This document shows positions 20,897 to 30,067 of a DNA stretch of 38,008 bases, piece by piece (the first letter of the stretch is position 1; the number at the start of each line of letters is the position of its first letter). Below the pieces are notes generated by a model. That model had not been told where the DNA came from and made no database searches. It saw nothing but the letters and a program-made list of their open reading frames with translations. The stretch is from NCBI GenBank assembly GCA_006227085.1, contig SBFY01000117.1:1-38008 (forward strand), given 5' to 3'. This DNA comes from Gammaproteobacteria bacterium (GTDB taxonomy: Bacteria; Pseudomonadota; Gammaproteobacteria; Pseudomonadales; M0112). A program made the translations under genes and the position numbers.

Positions 20897-22204
20897 GTGG
20901 CTGTAGTCAATGTGGGTATTTGCGGTCTGGGGACGGTCGGTGGTGGTGCGGTCACGGTATTGCGTCGCAACGCGGCCGTGATTGCCGCGCGTGCAGGTGC
21001 AGACATTGTCATTCGCCAGATCGGGGCTCGTCGCGACAAGCCGGGTATCGATACCCAGGGTATCGATGTGGTGCGCGATGTGTTTGCTGTCGCCCGCAAT
21101 CCGGATATTGATATTGTGGTTGAACTGATCGGTGGGACGACCACAGCCAAAGAATTGGTGCTGGAAGCGATCAAGCATGGCAAGCATGTGGTGACCGCTA
21201 ACAAGGCCTTGATTGCCGAATATGGTAACGAGATTTTTGCAGCGGCTGCCAAGCAGGGCGTGAGCGTCTGTTTTGAGGCAGCGGTGGCGGGTGGTATCCC
21301 GATCATCAAGGCCATCCGTGAAGGCCTGGCGGCCAATCGCATCCAGTGGTTGGCTGGCATCATCAATGGCACCGGGAATTTCATCCTGTCTGAAATGCGC
21401 AGCAAAGGCCGTGCGTTTGATGACGTGTTGGCAGAAGCCCAGAAGCTGGGTTATGCCGAAGCTGATCCGACGTTTGATGTGGAAGGGATTGATGCTGCGC
21501 ACAAGCTGGTGATCCTGGCATCCATCGCATTTGGTATCCCGTTGCGATTTGATGCGGTATTTACCGAAGGTATCTCGCGCTTGCAGATCGAGGATATCCG
21601 TCACGCCGATGAATTGGGTTATCGCGTCAAGCACCTGGGCGTGGCACGCCGTACCGATGCTGGCGTGGAATTACGCGTGCATCCGACCCTGATCCCTGCC
21701 AAACGATTGATCGCCAATGTGAATGGCGTGAAAAATGCAGTGCTGGTGGAAAGCGATGCCGTTGGCCCGACCTTGTATTACGGTGCGGGGGCAGGTGCCG
21801 AGCCGACAGCCTCCGCAGTGATTGCCGATATCGTCGACCTCGCGCGCACCATGGGTATGGATGTCAGGTACCGTGTGCCGCCGTTGGCCTTCCAGTCTGG
21901 CGCGATCGAGAATGTGGCGGTGATCCCGATGGAAGACGTGGTGTGTGGTCATTACCTGCGGATGTCTGTCCTGGATAAGCCGGGCGTGCTGAGCCAGGTC
22001 ACGCAAGTGTTGAGCAGCCATGGCATCAGCGTCGAAGCCTTGATCCAGAAGGAACCGGAAGAAAGTGCGGAGACAGCCACCATCATCCTGCTGACCAGTC
22101 GTGCTGCCGAAAAAACCCTGGTGGCGGTGGTCAAGTCGATTGAGGCGATGGACAGTATTGAAGGGCAGGTGGTGCGCCTGCGTGTCGAGAACCTGGATGG
22201 TTGA
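20897..22204 (+). CDS. hom: Homoserine dehydrogenase with C-terminal ACT domain
   Basis: GLGTVGGG, VVTANKA, FEAAVAGGIP, GYAEADPTFDVEG; GTG start with AAGGAG RBS. Confidence 0.98.
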   Translation: MAVVNVGICGLGTVGGGAVTVLRRNAAVIAARAGADIVIRQIGARRDKPGIDTQGIDVVRDVFAVARNPDIDIVVELIGGTTTAKELVLEAIKHGKHVVTANKALIAEYGNEIFAAAAKQGVSVCFEAAVAGGIPIIKAIREGLAANRIQWLAGIINGTGNFILSEMRSKGRAFDDVLAEAQKLGYAEADPTFDVEGIDAAHKLVILASIAFGIPLRFDAVFTEGISRLQIEDIRHADELGYRVKHLGVARRTDAGVELRVHPTLIPAKRLIANVNGVKNAVLVESDAVGPTLYYGAGAGAEPTASAVIADIVDLARTMGMDVRYRVPPLAFQSGAIENVAVIPMEDVVCGHYLRMSVLDKPGVLSQVTQVLSSHGISVEALIQKEPEESAETATIILLTSRAAEKTLVAVVKSIEAMDSIEGQVVRLRVENLDG

Positions 22205-22237
22205 GCCATTCCAGCAACGAGTGATTAAGGCAAGCAA

Positions 22238-23632
22238 ATGAAATACATCAGTACACGAGGCAAGGCACCGGCACTGGATTTTGAAGGTGTGTTGTTGACG
22301 GGCCTGGCCAGCGATGGCGGGCTGTATGTGCCGGAAACCATCCCGGCATTTTCCAAAGACGATATCGCAGCCATGGCTGGCATGCGTTATGAAGACGTCG
22401 CATTCAAGGTGATGTATCCCTTTGTGGAAGGCTGTATCCCGGCCGATGATTTCAAGCGCATTATTGATGAAACCTATGCAGTATTCCGTCATGACGCAGT
22501 GACACCACTGGTGCAACTGGACGATAACGAATGGGTGCTGGAGCTGTTCCATGGGCCGACCCTGGCGTTCAAGGATGTGGCCTTGCAGTTGCTCGGTCGT
22601 TTGCTCGATTACATGCTGGAAAAGCGTGGCAACCGGGTGGTGATCCTGGGGGCCACATCAGGTGACACCGGTTCTGCTGCGATTGAAGGTTGCCGCAGTT
22701 GCCGCAATGTCGATATTGTCATCCTGCATCCGTACCAGCGTGTGTCGGAAGTGCAGCGTCGCCAGATGACCACCGTGATTGCCGACAACATCCACAACCT
22801 GTCGGTGCGCGGTAACTTTGACGATTGCCAGCAGATGGTGAAAGACAGTTTTGGTGACCAGTCTTTCCTGCCGGAAGGGCGTTCACTGGTGGCGGTGAAC
22901 TCGATTAACTGGGCGCGCATCATGGCCCAGATCGTTTATTACTTTACTTCCGCTGTAGCAGTTGGTGCGCCGCATCGACCGGTAGCGTATTCCGTGCCCA
23001 CCGGTAATTTCGGTGACATTTTTGCGGGCTATATTGCCAAGCGCATGGGATTACCCATTGACCAGCTGGTGATTGCCACCAACCGTAATGACATCCTGCA
23101 TCGTTTCCTGTCGGGCAATAAGTACGAAAAGCATCCGCTGGTGCATACCTTGTCACCAAGCATGGACATCATGATTTCCAGCAATTTCGAACGCATGCTG
23201 TTCGAACTCTATGATCGCGATGCCGTAGCAATTCGTGACTTGATGGATCGCTTCCGTACCGAGCCAGTCAGTTTGCGTGAGGACGCCTTTGCCAAGGCGC
23301 GTGAACTCTTCACCAGTGAAGGCGTCGACGATGTGCGTACCTGTGACACGATTCGTGAGGTGTTCGGGAAAACGGAATACCTGCTCGATCCGCACACGGC
23401 GATTGGTGTGTGTGCCGCACGCGAAACCCGCCGGCATCCAGCCGTGCCGATGATTTGCCTGGCCACAGCGCATCCGGCCAAGTTCGCCGAAGCAGTGCGC
23501 CAATCCGGGCAAGAGGAAGACCCGCCATTGCCGCATCATATGCGTGACCTGTTGCAGCGCGAAGAGCGCTACACCGTGCTGGATAATGACCTCAAGGCCA
23601 TCCAGTCGTATGTGGCCAAGCACTGTTCATAA
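22238..23632 (+). CDS. thrC: Threonine synthase
   Basis: MKYISTRG, ELFHGPTLAFKD, ATSGDTG, NSINWAR, TAHPAKF. Confidence 0.98.
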   Translation: MKYISTRGKAPALDFEGVLLTGLASDGGLYVPETIPAFSKDDIAAMAGMRYEDVAFKVMYPFVEGCIPADDFKRIIDETYAVFRHDAVTPLVQLDDNEWVLELFHGPTLAFKDVALQLLGRLLDYMLEKRGNRVVILGATSGDTGSAAIEGCRSCRNVDIVILHPYQRVSEVQRRQMTTVIADNIHNLSVRGNFDDCQQMVKDSFGDQSFLPEGRSLVAVNSINWARIMAQIVYYFTSAVAVGAPHRPVAYSVPTGNFGDIFAGYIAKRMGLPIDQLVIATNRNDILHRFLSGNKYEKHPLVHTLSPSMDIMISSNFERMLFELYDRDAVAIRDLMDRFRTEPVSLREDAFAKARELFTSEGVDDVRTCDTIREVFGKTEYLLDPHTAIGVCAARETRRHPAVPMICLATAHPAKFAEAVRQSGQEEDPPLPHHMRDLLQREERYTVLDNDLKAIQSYVAKHCS

Positions 23633-23635
23633 GGC

Positions 23636-25393
23636 ATGAGTCCTGCCATGGCACAGGTTCGCCGGCGCTTGCTGCCGGACGCGCCTTGCCAGCTTCCGGA
23701 TGATATCCCTGTTGCCCTGCAGCGCATTTATCGCGCCCGTGGGATTCATGCCGCCAGTGAGCTGGATTACTCGCTCGCGCGCCTGCCGTCGCCGGATTTG
23801 CTGAAAGGGCTGCCGGCTGCACTGCAATTGCTGGATGATGCCATCCGCCAGCAACACACGATCCTGATTGTCGGTGATTACGATGCCGATGGTGCCACCA
23901 GTACCGCGTTGGCCATGTTGGGGCTGAAGGCAATGGGTGCTGCGCATGTGCATTACTTGCTGCCGGATCGTTTCAAATACGGCTATGGTTTGAGTCCAGC
24001 CATTGTCGAGTTGGCGGCAGCACAACAACCCGACCTGATCATCACCGTGGATAACGGTATTGCCAGTCATGCTGGTGTGGATGCAGCGCATGCCCAAGGC
24101 ATCAAGGTGTTGGTCACTGATCACCATTTGCCTGCGGATACCTTGCCATCTGCCGATGCCATCGTGAATCCCAATCAACCGGGTTGCCATTTCCCATCCC
24201 GTGCCCTGGCGGGTGTGGGTGTGATGTTTTATGTGTTGGTGGCACTGCGCAGTCATTTGCGCGAAACCGGCTGGTTTTCGGCACAACGTCCCGAACCCAA
24301 TGTGGCGGAGTGGCTGGACCTGGTGGCCGTCGGAACCGTGGCTGATGTGGTGCCACTGGATCATGTCAATCGCATCCTGGTGGAACAAGGGTTGCGTCGT
24401 ATCCGTGCTGGCCAGTGCCGTCCTGGTATCACGGCATTGCTGGAAGTGGGCAAGCGTGATCCCGTGCGTGCGGTGGCCAGTGATTTGGGGTTTGCAGTGG
24501 GGCCGCGCCTGAATGCCGCAGGTCGCTTGGCGGACATGAGTGAAGGTGTGCATTGCCTGCTGGAAACGGATGCCGGCAAGGCGTGGCAATACGCACAAGA
24601 CCTCGATGCCAAGAATCGTGAGCGGCGTGAGATTGAAAGTGGCATGCAGGACGATGCGGCCACATGGCTTGCACAGTTTGGGTCTGCCGGAGAAGACCTG
24701 CCATGGGGACTGGCTGTGTTTGAACCGCATTGGCATCAGGGTGTGGTGGGGATACTGGCCAGTCGGCTGAAGGACAAGCTGCATCGCCCGGTGTTTGCGT
24801 TTGCTCCGGGGGAATCGGGCGAATTGAAAGGGTCTGGTCGCTCAATCGCCGGTTTCCACTTGCGTGATGCCCTCGATGCGATCGCCACACGGCATCCCGG
24901 GTTGATTGATCGTTTTGGTGGCCATGCCATGGCTGCCGGATTAAGCATGCGTGAAGAGGCGCTGCCGCAATTTGCCGAGGCCTTTGATGCACTGGCGAGG
25001 GAATGGTTGGCGGAAGACCAATTGCAGGCGGTGATATGGTCAGATGGCGAGTTGTCCGCCCATGATATGAACCTGTCACTGGCCAAGGCCTTGCGTACTG
25101 CAGGGCCTTGGGGGCAGAAATTCCCGGAACCGCTGTTTGACGGGGTCTTTACCGTTGAACAGGAACGGGTGCTGGCTGACAAACACCTGAAATTGCGGCT
25201 GCGTGCTGGCGAGAATGCCACACTGCTGGATGCCATCTGGTTTTTCGCTGACCTCGATCGCTGGGCCATGCATCAACCTGGGCGCATTCGCCTCGTCTAT
25301 CGCCTGGATGCCAATGAATACCGGGGTATCGAGACTGTGCAGTTGTTGGTTGAGGCGGTGGATTTCGGGAATCTGGACTACACTGGTCAGTAA
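23636..25393 (+). CDS. recJ: Single-stranded-DNA exonuclease RecJ
   Basis: GDYDADG, TVDNG, TDHH, PRLNAAGRL, GSGRS, FGGHAMAAG. Confidence 0.98.
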   Translation: MSPAMAQVRRRLLPDAPCQLPDDIPVALQRIYRARGIHAASELDYSLARLPSPDLLKGLPAALQLLDDAIRQQHTILIVGDYDADGATSTALAMLGLKAMGAAHVHYLLPDRFKYGYGLSPAIVELAAAQQPDLIITVDNGIASHAGVDAAHAQGIKVLVTDHHLPADTLPSADAIVNPNQPGCHFPSRALAGVGVMFYVLVALRSHLRETGWFSAQRPEPNVAEWLDLVAVGTVADVVPLDHVNRILVEQGLRRIRAGQCRPGITALLEVGKRDPVRAVASDLGFAVGPRLNAAGRLADMSEGVHCLLETDAGKAWQYAQDLDAKNRERREIESGMQDDAATWLAQFGSAGEDLPWGLAVFEPHWHQGVVGILASRLKDKLHRPVFAFAPGESGELKGSGRSIAGFHLRDALDAIATRHPGLIDRFGGHAMAAGLSMREEALPQFAEAFDALAREWLAEDQLQAVIWSDGELSAHDMNLSLAKALRTAGPWGQKFPEPLFDGVFTVEQERVLADKHLKLRLRAGENATLLDAIWFFADLDRWAMHQPGRIRLVYRLDANEYRGIETVQLLVEAVDFGNLDYTGQ

Positions 25394-25498
25394 GCACCTG
25401 TAATACCGGGCGCAGGAAGCAGGCAATACCTGTGTTACAGGTTGCTATCCGGTGTGGCTGTAGGCACGGATATTCCGTTCATGGCCAAGGAGGTGTGT

Positions 25499-25885
25499 AT
25501 GTCTCTTCTATCCATTCCCCGCTGGGGATTCCTGCTACTTTTCCTTGTGTTGCTACCCGCTTGCGCCGGTTCGCCGCCCGATGGCATGCCGGACTTGCGT
25601 GGCCAGTGGATTGGTGAATATCCCTGCTGCGGGGTTGAAACCATTGAAGTGAGCCAGCGAGGCCATCGTGTGCAGGCGACCAAGGTGACGGGCGATGATT
25701 ATGTGCCAGCGGGTGAAGTGACCTGGCGGGCGAGCGTTGAAAGCGGTGAAGGTGAAGGCCAGATTGCTGACAAGGGTTTTGCCAATGCACGGTTTATTGC
25801 TGGCACATTGACGGTACTGGATCATGATACGATCCAGTTTGAATGGGGCCAGTCCTTGACGGTGATTTACAGTCGCGTGGATTGA
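25499..25885 (+). CDS. Lipoprotein with Cyclin-D1-binding/DUF3506-like beta-barrel domain
   Basis: Strong AAGGAGGT RBS; lipobox LPAC; GQWIGEY-x3-G-x-E...ATKVTGDDYVPAGEVTW motif. Confidence 0.7.
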   Translation: MSLLSIPRWGFLLLFLVLLPACAGSPPDGMPDLRGQWIGEYPCCGVETIEVSQRGHRVQATKVTGDDYVPAGEVTWRASVESGEGEGQIADKGFANARFIAGTLTVLDHDTIQFEWGQSLTVIYSRVD

Positions 25886-25918
25886 TCCTCGGCCAGTCAA
25901 TGATTGCAGGGAGTCGTG

Positions 25919-26899
25919 ATGGGCTCAGTGGAAGGGCTTGCTGTGCCGGCCGGTGAGCCAACGGCAGCGTGGGCGCAACAGCATCCCGTTGCCAGCCATG
26001 TATTAGCCACGCGTCCACCTTTTTTATTGGCTTCGGTTGCACCGGTGTTGATCGGTATGGCGGCTGCCACCCATGCGGGCGTGGCGATCCAGCCGTTGTT
26101 GGCCATCCTGACGGTACTGGCCGTGGTGTTGCTGCATGCCACCGTGAATGTCTTCAATGATTACTATGATCATCGCAATGGCGGTGATGCCGCCAACACA
26201 GCACGGGTATTCCCGTTTACTGGCGGTAGCCGGTTTATCCAGAACGGTGTGTTCACGGATCGCCACATGCTGCTGTGGGCATTGCTTTTATGCGCTGCTG
26301 TCATGGTGGTGGGTATTGTCATCCTGGTTCAGCTGCCGCCGGTGGCGAGACCTGGGTTGGTCCTGTTGGGCATCACCGGTTTGCTGGTTGGCTGGGCATA
26401 TTCCGCACCGCCATTGCGACTCAATAGCCGTGGCTTGGGGGAGGTGTCGGTTGCCGTGGGCTTCGGTGCGTTGATGCCCTTGGGAGCCGATTATGTGCAA
26501 GGCCATGACTGGTCGGCGCTGCCTGTGTATGCGGGTCTGCCATATGGTTTGCTGGTGACCAATTTGTTGTGGATCAACCAGTTTCCGGATCATGCAGCCG
26601 ATGCGCTGGTCGGCAAGCGACATGGTGTGGTGAGGCTGGGCATTGCCCGTGCACGTATGGTGTATGTGTTGTGCGCAGCATTGGCGTATGCCGGTTTGGC
26701 AGGCATGGTGATGGCCGGGCTGCTGCCGTTGGCTTGCCTGGCCGGGCTGCTGGTGTTGCCGCTGTCGGCCTTTGCTGCACGGCAATTATGGCGATATGCC
26801 ACTCAGCCGGCTTGCCTGGTGCCGGCGATACGGGCGACCATTGTGGCGATGCTCCTGCATGCCATGCTGGTGTCAGCAGGATTGTGTTGGGCAAGTTGA
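25919..26899 (+). CDS. UbiA-superfamily prenyltransferase, MenA/UBIAD1-like
   Basis: TRPPFL, NVFNDYYD, PFTGGSR, YSAPPLRL..RGLGE, NQFPDHAADALVGKR. Confidence 0.85.
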   Translation: MGSVEGLAVPAGEPTAAWAQQHPVASHVLATRPPFLLASVAPVLIGMAAATHAGVAIQPLLAILTVLAVVLLHATVNVFNDYYDHRNGGDAANTARVFPFTGGSRFIQNGVFTDRHMLLWALLLCAAVMVVGIVILVQLPPVARPGLVLLGITGLLVGWAYSAPPLRLNSRGLGEVSVAVGFGALMPLGADYVQGHDWSALPVYAGLPYGLLVTNLLWINQFPDHAADALVGKRHGVVRLGIARARMVYVLCAALAYAGLAGMVMAGLLPLACLAGLLVLPLSAFAARQLWRYATQPACLVPAIRATIVAMLLHAMLVSAGLCWAS

Positions 26900-26912
26900 A
26901 ACGGGAGAGGCA

Positions 26913-27359
26913 ATGATGAAACGGTTGTTATTGGTGTTTTCCTTTGCAGCATCCATGATGGCATGGGCTGGCGCACCGGTTGTATTACCGGCTTGCCCCG
27001 CAAGCCCTAACTGTGTCTCCAGCCAGTCAGCGCTCGACGATTCGCAACATTACATCAAACCGTTTGTGTTGCAGTTATCGGCGGAAGAAGGGTGGTTGCG
27101 GTTGCGCGATGTGGTGGCCTCGCAGGTGCGCACGAAGGTGGTGGATGAAAAGCCGTCACCGCCTTACCTGAGGGCAGAGGCGACCAGCCGGATTTTCCGT
27201 TTCGTCGATGACCTTGAATTATGGCTGGATGCCGACGGGAAAACAGTGCATGTGCGTTCGGCATCGCGCACTGGCTATGGTGACCTCGGTGTGAATCGCA
27301 AGCGGGTAGAGGGCTTGCGTGAGCAATTGCAGCAGCAAGGCATTATTGCTACGCCTTAG
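26913..27359 (+). CDS. DUF1499 domain exported protein
   Basis: Signal peptide; CPASPNCVSSQ, FRFVDDLE, RSASRTGYGDLGVNRKRVE. Confidence 0.9.
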   Translation: MMKRLLLVFSFAASMMAWAGAPVVLPACPASPNCVSSQSALDDSQHYIKPFVLQLSAEEGWLRLRDVVASQVRTKVVDEKPSPPYLRAEATSRIFRFVDDLELWLDADGKTVHVRSASRTGYGDLGVNRKRVEGLREQLQQQGIIATP

Positions 27360-27371
27360 GATCGCCAGACC

Positions 27372-28067
27372 CTAGAACATCATGCGCACACCGATATGCC
27401 ATTGATGCTCATCCGGGTCTTCGCGACTGGCTTGTTTGTCATCGCGTAAGTCGCCCAGGTATTTCTTGAAGCGGTATTCCGCGTAGCTGTGCCACTGGCT
27501 GTCCCACTTCCATTCCAGCCGGAAAAAGGGCTCGACACTGTTCCAGCCCCTGGCGACTTCCTGCTCCTTGTCCTCATCACTGGCATAGCGTGCTTCAATG
27601 CCGGGGTAGGCTGTGATGCGGTTACTGAGCGCGGTTGGCCGTTCCAGTGTGATGTCGGATTCGATCCCGCCTGCATAGCCATACACGGTCACTTCTGCCT
27701 CGATAAAACCCGGTAGCAAATGCTCATAACCGATGGCGGTGCGCCAGGCGTGGGAAGGGCGCTGCCGGTAACTGGCACCGATCTTGGCCAGGCCCCAGGT
27801 GCCTACCGGTCGGGCGTAAAACACATCCGTGGTGGATTCATGCAGTTGCCCGTCTTCGCTTTCAAGATCCAGTTCAACCAGCAATTTATGGAAATCCGGC
27901 CCGCCGAGGTAGCGGTAATCGAGTTGCCAGTCGTTGTGATCAACGCGGCGCTGGATCTCGAGGTCGGTGCGGTCATACCAGGGATCCATGGCATGTTCGT
28001 TCATCCCGTCAGCCATGGCAGACAAGCTGGCCATGGTGAGTACCAGTGCAGGAAACCATGTGTTCAT
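27372..28067 (-). CDS. copB: Copper resistance protein B (outer-membrane, short form)
   Basis: Signal peptide; beta-strand-rich; C-terminal IGVRMMF; coupled to copA by ATGA overlap. Confidence 0.72.
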   Translation of the reverse strand: MNTWFPALVLTMASLSAMADGMNEHAMDPWYDRTDLEIQRRVDHNDWQLDYRYLGGPDFHKLLVELDLESEDGQLHESTTDVFYARPVGTWGLAKIGASYRQRPSHAWRTAIGYEHLLPGFIEAEVTVYGYAGGIESDITLERPTALSNRITAYPGIEARYASDEDKEQEVARGWNSVEPFFRLEWKWDSQWHSYAEYRFKKYLGDLRDDKQASREDPDEHQWHIGVRMMF

Positions 28068-29689
28068 GGCTGTGCCTCCCGGTAATGGATCTCGCGTGTC
28101 ATGCCGGCCATCATGTGGTACAGGTTATGGCAATGGAAAAACCATTTGCCGCTTTCCTGGGCAATCACGCGTGCCGTGATGGTTTGCATGGGCGGCACAT
28201 CAATGGTGTGTTTGCGCGGGCTGAAGGCCCCTTGGCCGTTTTCCAGTACAAACCAGTGGCCATGGATGTGGATCGGGTGGTGCATCATGGTGGTGTTGTT
28301 CAGGACAAAGCGGTATTCCTTGCCTTTCACGAACTCGATGGGTTGTGCATCCTGGAAACGGATGTCATTGAACGACCAGATATACCGTTCCATATTGCCG
28401 GTCAGGTTGAGGGTGATGGTCTCCAACGGATTGCCTGGTTCATGGGTTTTGTCCACTGAACGCAGTTGTGCATAGTCGAGCTGGCCGTTGTGTGTCAGGG
28501 GAGTTGGGCTTTCCGGCATGCTGTGGCTCATGGCATGGTGATCGTGATGACTCATGTCATGTACGGTCTTGGCCTGCCCATTCTTTGCGTTGTCGCTTGC
28601 TGTGTTGCCATGATTGCCGTGATCCGGGCTGCCGGGGATGAACATGGGGTCAGCAAACGGCGGGATATCGGCCAGCGCTACGGTGTATCCAACGGATGGC
28701 GATAACACGCCGATGGCAGCTCCGGAACGGTCGAGTGCTTCGGCATACAGCGCTACGGGATGCTGCGGTGCGGTAAACACGATGTCATAGGTTTCCGCCA
28801 TGCCCATCAGCAAGCGTTTGGCCGTGATGGGCTCCACATCCTGCCCGTCAGCAGATATGACCATGAAGTCATCCATGCCATGCAGTTTGATGTTGAAGTA
28901 GGTGCTGGCACCGCCATTGATGATGCGCACGCGCACGCGTTCACCCGCTTTCACTGTGCTGTGGAAAGGGTGTTGGGGTGGTGTGCCATTGAGCAGGAAG
29001 CTGTCGTAGGCGACATCGGCCCAATCCCAGTTACCCATGCGCATGGTTTGCATGGCCTTGCCTTGCTTGAGGATTTCTTCCTGCATGGCCTTGTCCTCAT
29101 CGGCATCGCGCCAGGCGCGGGTAAAGAACTGCCAGTTTGGTCGCCATGACTTGTAGTAATCGCCATCTTTTTTCAGGTTGCGGTAAATGGTGTCAGGATG
29201 GGTGTTGCTCCAGTCGGACAGCAGGATGGTGATATCGCGATCCGTTTTGCTGTGTTGCTTGGTTAGGTGCTCTTGGGCCGGTTCAACGATGAACGCACCA
29301 TAAAGCCCTTGCTGCTCATGCAATTTACTGTGGGCGTGGTACCAGTAGGTGCCGGATTGGCGCAACGGGAAGCGGTAGGTGAAGGATTCGCCGGGCGCAA
29401 TGGGGGGCATGGAGACCCATGGCACGCCATCCATCTGCCATGGCACCAACAAGCCGTGCCAATGGATCGCTCCCGGCTCTTCCAGCGCGTTATGCACTAC
29501 AATCTCAACAGTGTCGCCTTCCCGGAAACGCAGTTCCGGGCCGGGAATCTGGCCGTTGACGGTAATGGCCTGCACGGGTTTGCCTGCCAATGCGACACGA
29601 TGGTATTGCATGGTCAATTCCACCCGCTGGGTGGCAGCCCATAATGGCGTGGTCAGGCAGCACAGGACCAGGATCAGTAAACGTTTCAT
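28064..29689 (-). CDS. copA: Multicopper oxidase, CopA/PcoA family
   Basis: All four Cu motifs: HWHG, YWYHAH, HPIHIHGH, HCHNLYHMMAGM; His/Met-rich linker. Confidence 0.92.
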   Translation of the reverse strand: MKRLLILVLCCLTTPLWAATQRVELTMQYHRVALAGKPVQAITVNGQIPGPELRFREGDTVEIVVHNALEEPGAIHWHGLLVPWQMDGVPWVSMPPIAPGESFTYRFPLRQSGTYWYHAHSKLHEQQGLYGAFIVEPAQEHLTKQHSKTDRDITILLSDWSNTHPDTIYRNLKKDGDYYKSWRPNWQFFTRAWRDADEDKAMQEEILKQGKAMQTMRMGNWDWADVAYDSFLLNGTPPQHPFHSTVKAGERVRVRIINGGASTYFNIKLHGMDDFMVISADGQDVEPITAKRLLMGMAETYDIVFTAPQHPVALYAEALDRSGAAIGVLSPSVGYTVALADIPPFADPMFIPGSPDHGNHGNTASDNAKNGQAKTVHDMSHHDHHAMSHSMPESPTPLTHNGQLDYAQLRSVDKTHEPGNPLETITLNLTGNMERYIWSFNDIRFQDAQPIEFVKGKEYRFVLNNTTMMHHPIHIHGHWFVLENGQGAFSPRKHTIDVPPMQTITARVIAQESGKWFFHCHNLYHMMAGMTREIHYREAQP

Positions 29690-29713
29690 GACAGTATGAC
29701 CAAGGGGGACATC

Positions 29714-30019
29714 ATGGCGTTATGGTTGGAAGCTTCATTCTATCGAAAAGTTCCATGGCACCGGAAAATGCCGTACTTGCTATTGCTGGTGCTGACGGCG
29801 TGTGCCAGCCCTGATGGCACTGGTATGGCCGAGCGTTGCCAGCAGCAGGGTGGCCAGTGGGTGGCGGCCCATCAGGAATGCCTTGAAGTGACGGCTGACG
29901 CGTGTACAGGCATGGGTGGCCAGTACCAGGAATGCGCATCGCCGTGCCGGCACCAGCCGGATGCGCAGATGTGCATCCTGCGTTGTGATGTGGTTTGCGC
30001 CTTCGACCAGCCGGAATGA
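29714..30019 (+). CDS. Small cysteine-rich lipoprotein, unknown function
   Basis: Lipobox LTAC followed by 8 Cys; internal repeat C-x3-GGQ(W/Y)..QEC; start 29714 (GGGGG RBS) or 29768. Confidence 0.7.
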   Translation: MALWLEASFYRKVPWHRKMPYLLLLVLTACASPDGTGMAERCQQQGGQWVAAHQECLEVTADACTGMGGQYQECASPCRHQPDAQMCILRCDVVCAFDQPE

Positions 30020-30025
30020 AACGAT

Positions 30026-30055
30026 TTGACGGGTCATATACGGCTTGCCTATGAT
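30026..30055 (+). promoter_or_regulatory. sigma70 promoter for riboswitch-btuB
   Basis: TTGACG-18bp-TATGAT just upstream of the aptamer. Confidence 0.65.
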
Positions 30056-30067
30056 GGCGCCGCTTTG

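Noticed and set aside
25395..25420. Resemblance to the TPP riboswitch 3' half (ACCTG..TAATACC..GCG.AGG) or SRP RNA (GGAAGCAG)
   Set aside because: It lacks the UGAGA motif and the P5 5' strand of TPP, and lacks the SRP helix 8 context; no thiamine gene downstream.
25462..25476. Possible sigma54 promoter AGGCACGGATATTCC
   Set aside because: The invariant -12 GC is CC.
29727..29755. Imperfect dyad upstream of copA as a CueR or CopR operator
   Set aside because: Poor match to the CueR ACCTTCC-N7-GGAAGGT dyad, no 19-bp-spacer promoter identifiable, and no cop/Cus box.
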